Below, one piece after another: positions 58,230-64,000 of a stretch of DNA of 64,000 nt; the stretch's first letter is position 1, and each line of letters opens with the position of its first letter. The stretch covers positions 4,000,001-4,064,000 of the forward strand of contig OZ245046.1 in NCBI GenBank assembly GCA_965224245.1, in the 5' to 3' direction. A model generated the notes under the pieces. It had not been told where the DNA came from. It saw only the letters and a list, made by a program, of their open reading frames with translations, and ran no database searches. The position numbers and the translations under genes are program-made. This stretch comes from Candidatus Eiseniibacteriota bacterium (GTDB taxonomy: Bacteria; Eisenbacteria; RBG-16-71-46; CAZAMP01).

Positions 58230-59552
58230 ATGACGCCCGCCAACGTCCTATATGTCGACGTCAGCCCCGACTCGACCTACGGCGGGTCCAAGCGAGTGCT
58301 CACGAACATCCTCGGCGCGCTCGATCGAGATCGCTTCACGCCGCACGCGCTGTTCGCACGCGACGGGGCGTACGTCCAGGACGCGATCGATCTCGGCGTG
58401 TGGACGGCGGTCGAGGAGTCGATCGCGACCCAGCCCGTGTTCGCGTCGTACATGTTCCACCCCCACGCACTTCGAGCGTTGCGACCGGGCGATCCTCGCC
58501 CCGAGAGCCGACCGCTGATGCGCCGCGCGGCCCGTGACGTGCGATCGCTGGCACGGCTCTGGTGGATCGATCGGCGCCGAGCCCGGGCGCTGTCGGCCTT
58601 CCTGCCCCCGAACGTCGATCTGATTCACGTGAACGGCCATCTGTGGCACGACTACCGATGGCTTCACGTGGCCGAGTCGCTGGGAGTTCCGCTCGTCACG
58701 CATCAACACGGGATCTGGCGCCGCCCCCCGCTCGCGTTCCGGCGGGCCGCCAGCCGCATCGATCGGATCGTGTGTCTGACCGAGGAGCGCGCTCGGCTTC
58801 TGACCGAGGCGTGCGGCCCGAACACGCGGACCGTGACCATCCCCAACGGGCTCGACCTCGACGCGCTCCGGATCACCGCCTCACGCGCCGACGTCCGTCA
58901 CGCGCTCGGCCTCGCAGACGACGAGCGGCTCATCACGACCGTCGGACACCTGAAGCCGTGGAAGGGCCAGCATCTGGCCGTCGGAGCGGCCGCACGGCTT
59001 GCCGCGCGGGGTGTCCGTTTCCGATGGCTCCTCGTGGGCGCGGTGGCCGACGACGCCTACGGCGAGTTCATCCGGAGCGAGATCTCACGCGAAGGTCTCG
59101 CCGGCCACGTGGAGCTCGCCGGCGCTCGATCCGACGCGATGACGATCGTGTCCGCGGCCGACCTGGCCGTGCACACGTCCATCGAGCCCGAGCCGTTCGG
59201 CATGGTCGTCATCGAGGCGATGGCGGTGGGGACGCCCGTCATCGGACCCGACGGTGGCGCGATCCCATCGCTCGTCCGCGATGGCGTCGACGGGCGGCTC
59301 TATCCGCCGGGTGACGCGGCGGCGCTGGCGTCCATGATCGGCGACATGCTCGGGGATCCCGAGTGTCGGGACCGGTTCGCCGAGGCGGCCCGCGGTCGCG
59401 TCGAGACCAGCTTCACGCTCGCGCAGCAGGTCGCGCATCTCCAGCGGACCTACGAGGAGCTCCTGGTCGGACGCCGCGCCGGTCACGACTCGTCGGGCAC
59501 GACCGACGAGCCGGTCGAAAGAGATGGCGCGACGATCCGAGCATCGGGGTAG
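58230..59552 (+). CDS. GT4 glycosyltransferase
   Basis: YGGS, IPNG, KPWKGQ, EPFGMVVIEAMAVGTPVI. Confidence 0.92.
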   Translation: MTPANVLYVDVSPDSTYGGSKRVLTNILGALDRDRFTPHALFARDGAYVQDAIDLGVWTAVEESIATQPVFASYMFHPHALRALRPGDPRPESRPLMRRAARDVRSLARLWWIDRRRARALSAFLPPNVDLIHVNGHLWHDYRWLHVAESLGVPLVTHQHGIWRRPPLAFRRAASRIDRIVCLTEERARLLTEACGPNTRTVTIPNGLDLDALRITASRADVRHALGLADDERLITTVGHLKPWKGQHLAVGAAARLAARGVRFRWLLVGAVADDAYGEFIRSEISREGLAGHVELAGARSDAMTIVSAADLAVHTSIEPEPFGMVVIEAMAVGTPVIGPDGGAIPSLVRDGVDGRLYPPGDAAALASMIGDMLGDPECRDRFAEAARGRVETSFTLAQQVAHLQRTYEELLVGRRAGHDSSGTTDEPVERDGATIRASG

Positions 59553-59666
59553 GATCCCGCCGAGCACCGGCAAGCGCGATCGTGCTCCGCGAGATCACGA
59601 ACGATCTCCGATCCGCCGATCAGTTCGTGAGCACCCGCGTCCTCACCCACACCCCTCGGAGTCGCC

Positions 59667-61133
59667 GTGAGCGTCGCCCGAAATGCGTCCTGGCTGGCAC
59701 TCGGTCAGTTCACGATGGCGTCGGCGGCCATCTTCCTGCCGCTGATCCTGGCCCGCCGCCTCTCGATCGAGGACTACGGTGTCTACAAGCAAATCGACCT
59801 CGTGGCCGGACTCATCGCGCCGTTCCTGATCCTGGGCTTCGACAAGAGCATCACGTACTACGCCCCGCGCAAGGAGACCCGCAACGTCGAGGAGATCACG
59901 GCTCCGTTCGTGACGATCATCTCGGCGGCGGTGATCGGCGTCGTGTTCGCACTCGTGAAGCCGGCCACGATGGCGCGGCTGTTCGGGTGCGATCCACTGC
60001 CGCTCCTGGTCGCGACCGCGGCGCTGTACGCGGTGGCGAGCGCGCTCTCGCTGGTCGGCGCGCGCACGCTGATCTCCGTGGATCGGGCAAAGTCCGCGGC
60101 GCTCATCCCGGCCGTCATCGGAATCCCCCGCACGATCGTCCTGCTGTCACTGGCCGTGGCGATCCCCCGCCTGGACGTGATCCTGAAGGCGATCCTCGCG
60201 TTCGCCGTGGTGCACATCGTCACCTGGCTGGGCGTGCTCGTACAGGGACGGCACTTCCGGATCGGCGACTTCCACCCGGCGGTGCTCTCGCGGCACGTGC
60301 GGTACGGGGGCATCCTGGCCCTCGCGGCGCTTTTCCAGACGTGGGCGGCGAAGATCGACGCCTACCTCGTGTCGAGCACGCTGCCCGCAGCCACGTTCGC
60401 GATCTTCGCGGTGGGCAAGACCCGTGTGCCGTTCCTGCCGATCCTGGCCCGGGCGCTCGGTGACGCGGTGGCGCCGCGCTACTCGAAGCTCGAGTCCGAG
60501 GGCAAGTACGTCGAGATGGCGGCGCTGTGGCGACAGAGCGTCGAGGCGCTGTTCCCGTTCGGGCTCCTGACGTCCCTCTTCCTCGCGTTCACGGCCAAGT
60601 GGTCGATCCCGCTGGTCTTCGGGGACAAATTCACCGCCTCGGTCCCGATCTTCGAGGTCTTCGCATTCAGCCTCCTGATCCAGTCGCTCGTGTCGATGGA
60701 GCAGATGCTGCGGGCGCTCTCGGCGCTCCGGTTTCTGTTGACCACGATCGTCGTGTCGCTGGTGCTGCGCACGATCGTCGGGATCTCGGTCCTGCGGGCC
60801 GGGGGTGACGACCTCCTGCCGCTGATGGTGCTCGCGCAGCTCCTGGTGGGGCTGATGACGTTCCTCGTCAGGCTCGTGTACGTGCGGCGGCGCCTCGGCG
60901 TACCCTGGTCGACGATGTCCCCGGCGGCTGCGTTCCGGGTCGCCGTGCCGACCGCGATCATCGGGAGCGCCGGGTCGTTTCTGCTCCAGAGAATGCTGTC
61001 GCTTCACGACATCCTGATGCTCGGCATCTCGTGCGTCTGGTGGGGCGGTCTGATCGCGTTCGCGCTCTGGCGCCAGGGCCTCTGGGCCCGGGTGCTCCCC
61101 GCGTCGATCGCGCGGAGACTCTCGCGCTCCTGA
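59667..61133 (+). CDS. wzx: Wzx-type oligosaccharide flippase
   Basis: SVARNASW, LARRLSIEDYG, about 12-14 TM segments, VFGDKF. Confidence 0.82.
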   Translation: MSVARNASWLALGQFTMASAAIFLPLILARRLSIEDYGVYKQIDLVAGLIAPFLILGFDKSITYYAPRKETRNVEEITAPFVTIISAAVIGVVFALVKPATMARLFGCDPLPLLVATAALYAVASALSLVGARTLISVDRAKSAALIPAVIGIPRTIVLLSLAVAIPRLDVILKAILAFAVVHIVTWLGVLVQGRHFRIGDFHPAVLSRHVRYGGILALAALFQTWAAKIDAYLVSSTLPAATFAIFAVGKTRVPFLPILARALGDAVAPRYSKLESEGKYVEMAALWRQSVEALFPFGLLTSLFLAFTAKWSIPLVFGDKFTASVPIFEVFAFSLLIQSLVSMEQMLRALSALRFLLTTIVVSLVLRTIVGISVLRAGGDDLLPLMVLAQLLVGLMTFLVRLVYVRRRLGVPWSTMSPAAAFRVAVPTAIIGSAGSFLLQRMLSLHDILMLGISCVWWGGLIAFALWRQGLWARVLPASIARRLSRS

Positions 61134-61172
61134 CCCCGCCCCGATCCGGTGCTCCGACCGGGGATCGGACCC

Positions 61173-61201
61173 TTGCGCTCGATTTTAGGCGAACCTAAAC
61201 T
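61173..61201 (+). promoter_or_regulatory. sigma70 promoter overlapped by a DtxR/MntR/TroR-type operator
   Basis: TTGCGC-N17-TAAACT; palindrome TTTAGG-CGAA-CCTAAA at 61184-61199. Confidence 0.75.
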
Positions 61202-61294
61202 CATGCCTTAGGTATCACGACAGACGGACCGATGGAACACCTAACAATCCGTGTCCCCGACCGGCGGGACACGGGAGCCCCGGAGCTTCAAAAC

Positions 61295-62233
61295 ATGTCA
61301 TTGAAACGGTTTACGACTCTCTCCGCGCTCCTCGCGGTGGCGCTCGGCTGCGCGTCCGGGGGAGCGTCCCGGGACGATCTGGCATCCCGGACGATCACCG
61401 TGGTGGCAACGACGGGCATGATCGGCGACGCCGCGGCCAACATCGGGGGTGACCGCATCGAGGTCACGTCGTTGATGGGCCCCGGCGTCGACCCCCACCT
61501 CTACAAGGCCTCCGAGGGCGACGTGCGCCGCCTCGCGGGTGCCGATCTGATCCTGTTCAACGGCCTTCATCTGGAGGCCAAGATGGCCGAGGTGCTCGAG
61601 GAGATGAACGGGCGCGCCCGCACCGAGCCCGTGGCCCACGCCATCCCCGACGAGCTGATCCACCGGACGGCCGAAGGCGCGCCGGATCCCCACATCTGGT
61701 TCGACGTCACCCGCTGGTCGATGGCGGTGGAGCGGATTCGCGACGTGCTGATCGAGATCGACCCGACCCACGCCGACGGCTACCGCGCCCGCGCCGGCAC
61801 CTACCTGGGCCGGCTCCGCGCGCTCGACGCATCGGTCCGCGACCAGATCGCCGCGATCCCCCCCGAGCAGCGCGTGCTCGTGACGGCGCACGACGCGTTC
61901 GGCTACTTCGGCGACGCGTACGGGTTCGAGGTGCGCGGCCTGCAGGGCATCAGCACGCGCACCGAGGCCGGCACCGGCGACGTGCAGGAGCTCGCGCAGT
62001 TCATCGCCGCCCGCCGGATCCCGGCGATCTTCGTCGAGTCGTCGGTATCGCCGCGCGCGATCGAGGCCGTGCAGGCCGCGGTGGCCGCGCGCAACTTCCG
62101 CGTCGCGATCGGCGGACAGCTCTTCTCCGACGCCATGGGCTCGCCGGGCACACCCGAGGGCACCTACATCGGCATGGTGGCGCACAACGTGCGAACCATC
62201 GTCGCGGCGCTGACGGCCGACGGGCGCGCCTGA
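61295..62233 (+). CDS. troA: Mn/Zn/Fe ABC transporter substrate-binding lipoprotein (TroA/MntA-like)
   Basis: Lipobox ALGC; GVDPHLY, DPHIW, TAHDAFGYF, FSDAMG. Confidence 0.9.
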   Translation: MSLKRFTTLSALLAVALGCASGGASRDDLASRTITVVATTGMIGDAAANIGGDRIEVTSLMGPGVDPHLYKASEGDVRRLAGADLILFNGLHLEAKMAEVLEEMNGRARTEPVAHAIPDELIHRTAEGAPDPHIWFDVTRWSMAVERIRDVLIEIDPTHADGYRARAGTYLGRLRALDASVRDQIAAIPPEQRVLVTAHDAFGYFGDAYGFEVRGLQGISTRTEAGTGDVQELAQFIAARRIPAIFVESSVSPRAIEAVQAAVAARNFRVAIGGQLFSDAMGSPGTPEGTYIGMVAHNVRTIVAALTADGRA

Positions 62234-63102
62234 TGTCCGCCGAGCCCGTCGTACGCGTGACCGATCTCACGGTTGCGTATCAGGACAAGCCGGTCCTCTG
62301 GGACATCGATCTCTCGGTCCCTCCCGGCGTCCTGATGGCCATCGTGGGACCGAACGGGGCGGGCAAGACGACGCTGCTGCGCTCGATCCTGGGGCTCGTG
62401 CAGCCGGCCGCCGGACAGGTGCTGATCTTCGGCCGGAAGCCCGACGAGGTCCGCCGGCGCATCGGCTACGTACCACAGCGCGAGAGCGTCGACTGGGACT
62501 TCCCGACGTCGGTACACGACGTCGTCCTGATGGGCCGGTACGGCTCGCTGGGCTGGGTGCGCCGTCCCGGAAAGTCCGATCGCGCGCGGGCCGACGCCGC
62601 CATCGAGCAGGTCGGGCTGACCGAGCTCGCCGACCGACAGATCAGCCAGCTCTCCGGCGGGCAGCAGCAGCGCGTGTTCCTGGCCCGCGCGCTCGTGCAG
62701 GATGCCGACATCTACTTCATGGACGAGCCGTTCCAGGGCGTCGACGCCACCACCGAGCGGACGATCGTCGAGCTCCTGCGCGGGCTTCGCGAGCGGGGCA
62801 AGACCGTCCTCGTCGTGCATCACGATCTCCAGAGCGTCGAGGACTACTTCGACTGGGTCACGCTCCTGAACGTGCGTCGAGTCGCGTCGGGGCCGGTCGC
62901 CGAGGCGTTCACGAACGCCAACCTCCGGCTCGCGTACGGGGGCAAGGTCGCGTTCGTGCACCGGCCGCGTCGCGAAGGCGCGGCGCCGGGCCCGACCGAC
63001 GGCGTGCCGATCGGCACCGGCGATCCCGATGACGTGACCACCGACGGCTGGCCCGAGTCCGTCGCCTCGCCGAAGCTCCCGGGCGCGGGAGAGGCCCGAT
63101 GA
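62233..63102 (+). CDS. troB: Mn/Zn ABC transporter ATP-binding protein
   Basis: GPNGAGKTT, YVPQRESVDWDFP, LSGGQQQR, MDEPF, VHHDL. Confidence 0.92.
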   Translation: MSAEPVVRVTDLTVAYQDKPVLWDIDLSVPPGVLMAIVGPNGAGKTTLLRSILGLVQPAAGQVLIFGRKPDEVRRRIGYVPQRESVDWDFPTSVHDVVLMGRYGSLGWVRRPGKSDRARADAAIEQVGLTELADRQISQLSGGQQQRVFLARALVQDADIYFMDEPFQGVDATTERTIVELLRGLRERGKTVLVVHHDLQSVEDYFDWVTLLNVRRVASGPVAEAFTNANLRLAYGGKVAFVHRPRREGAAPGPTDGVPIGTGDPDDVTTDGWPESVASPKLPGAGEAR

Positions 63103-64000
63103 GCGGCGTGCTCCACGACCTCGTCTTCGACTACACGCTCCGGACGGTCGCGATCGGGGCCGCGCTCCTGGGGCTCGCGAGCGGAGCCCTGGGCTCGTTT
63201 GCGATGCTCCGCCGTCAGAGCCTCCTCGGCGACGCGATCTCCCACGCGGCGCTCCCGGGGATCGCACTGGCGTTTCTCCTGACCGAGTCCAAGAGCCCGA
63301 TCATCCTGGTCGGGGGTGCCGGCTTCGCGGGCATGCTGGGAATGCTCACGGTGCTCGGAATAACGAACACGACCCGGCTGAAGATCGACGGCGCGCTCGG
63401 CATCGTGCTGTCGGTGTTCTTCGGGTTCGGTCTCGTGCTCCTGACGTTCATCCAGAAGCTACCGACGGCGGCCCAGGCCGGTCTCGACACGTTCCTGTTC
63501 GGTCAGGCAGCCACGCTCCTGACCCGCGACGTGGTCACGATCGGCGTGCTCGGCGCGGCCGCGATCCTCGTCGTGGTGCTGTTCTGGAAGGAGCTCGAGC
63601 TCCTGGTGTTCGATCGCGACTTCGGCGCCAGCCTCGGCTACCCGATGCGGCGGGTCGAGGTGCTCCTGGCGATCCTTCTCGTGACCGCGATCGTGATCGG
63701 GCTCCAGGCCGTCGGCGTGGTCCTGATGAGCGCGCTCGTGGTGGCGCCGGCCGCGGCTGCCCGGCAGTGGACCGATCGGCTGGGGCGCATGGTGGTCCTG
63801 GCCGCGGTCTTCGGGATGTCGGCCGGCGTCGGCGGAACGCTCGTCAGCAGCGCCGGCCGCGGGCTTCCCACCGGCCCCCTGATCGTGCTCACGGCCGGCG
63901 CGATCGTGGCGGTCTCGCTCGTCTTCTCGCCCGGGCGCGGGCTCCTCGCGCAGGCGATCCGACGGCAGCGCAATCAGCGGCGCATCCACGTCGACACCGT
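63099..64000 (+). CDS. troC: Mn/Zn ABC transporter permease (TroC-like), 3'-truncated by the window edge
   Basis: Absent from the ORF track. ATG 63099 overlaps the troB stop and reads MSGVLHDLVFDYTLRTVAIGAALLG...LRRQSLLGDAISHAALPG; the frame is open to the window end. Confidence 0.9.
   Translation, partial: MSGVLHDLVFDYTLRTVAIGAALLGLASGALGSFAMLRRQSLLGDAISHAALPGIALAFLLTESKSPIILVGGAGFAGMLGMLTVLGITNTTRLKIDGALGIVLSVFFGFGLVLLTFIQKLPTAAQAGLDTFLFGQAATLLTRDVVTIGVLGAAAILVVVLFWKELELLVFDRDFGASLGYPMRRVEVLLAILLVTAIVIGLQAVGVVLMSALVVAPAAAARQWTDRLGRMVVLAAVFGMSAGVGGTLVSSAGRGLPTGPLIVLTAGAIVAVSLVFSPGRGLLAQAIRRQRNQRRIHVDT

Noticed and set aside
1-64000. tRNA, rRNA, prophage or known defence systems
   Set aside because: No cloverleaf, rRNA-like tract, phage structural gene or recognisable defence gene was seen by eye; tRNAscan-SE, barrnap and DefenseFinder runs would confirm.

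Overview
GC-rich bacterial chromosomal window. A C-terminal SWGxIK motif, a spoVG homologue and the many GT-C/TPR/sulfatase-like genes tentatively suggest an uncultured FCB-related lineage such as Eisenbacteria, Latescibacterota or Krumholzibacteriota; this is inference only. Housekeeping genes: phrB (5'-truncated), acs, hflX, mltD-like, spoVG, gltA, dsbD, rsmG and a troABC/mnt-type Mn/Zn ABC transporter with a DtxR/MntR-type operator. Mobile or accessory content: an intact IS630 element with TIRs and a TA duplication, and a repeat-laden DUF222-like/HNH gene with two compensating frameshifts. Envelope functions: an orphan type IV pilin, an nfeD-stomatin-MoxR-VWA operon, several GT-C glycosyltransferases, a DUF3857/transglutaminase pair and a polysaccharide-modification cluster with wzx. 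The most notable unannotated signals are three candidate structured non-coding RNAs (about 22253-22365 +; about 40756-40897 -; a sigma54-driven unit at about 44666-44813 +), a probable non-canonical ATT start for hflX, and recurring IHF-like boxes in the promoter regions. No rRNA, tRNA or CRISPR array was seen. All calls come from reading motifs by eye; no database search was run.
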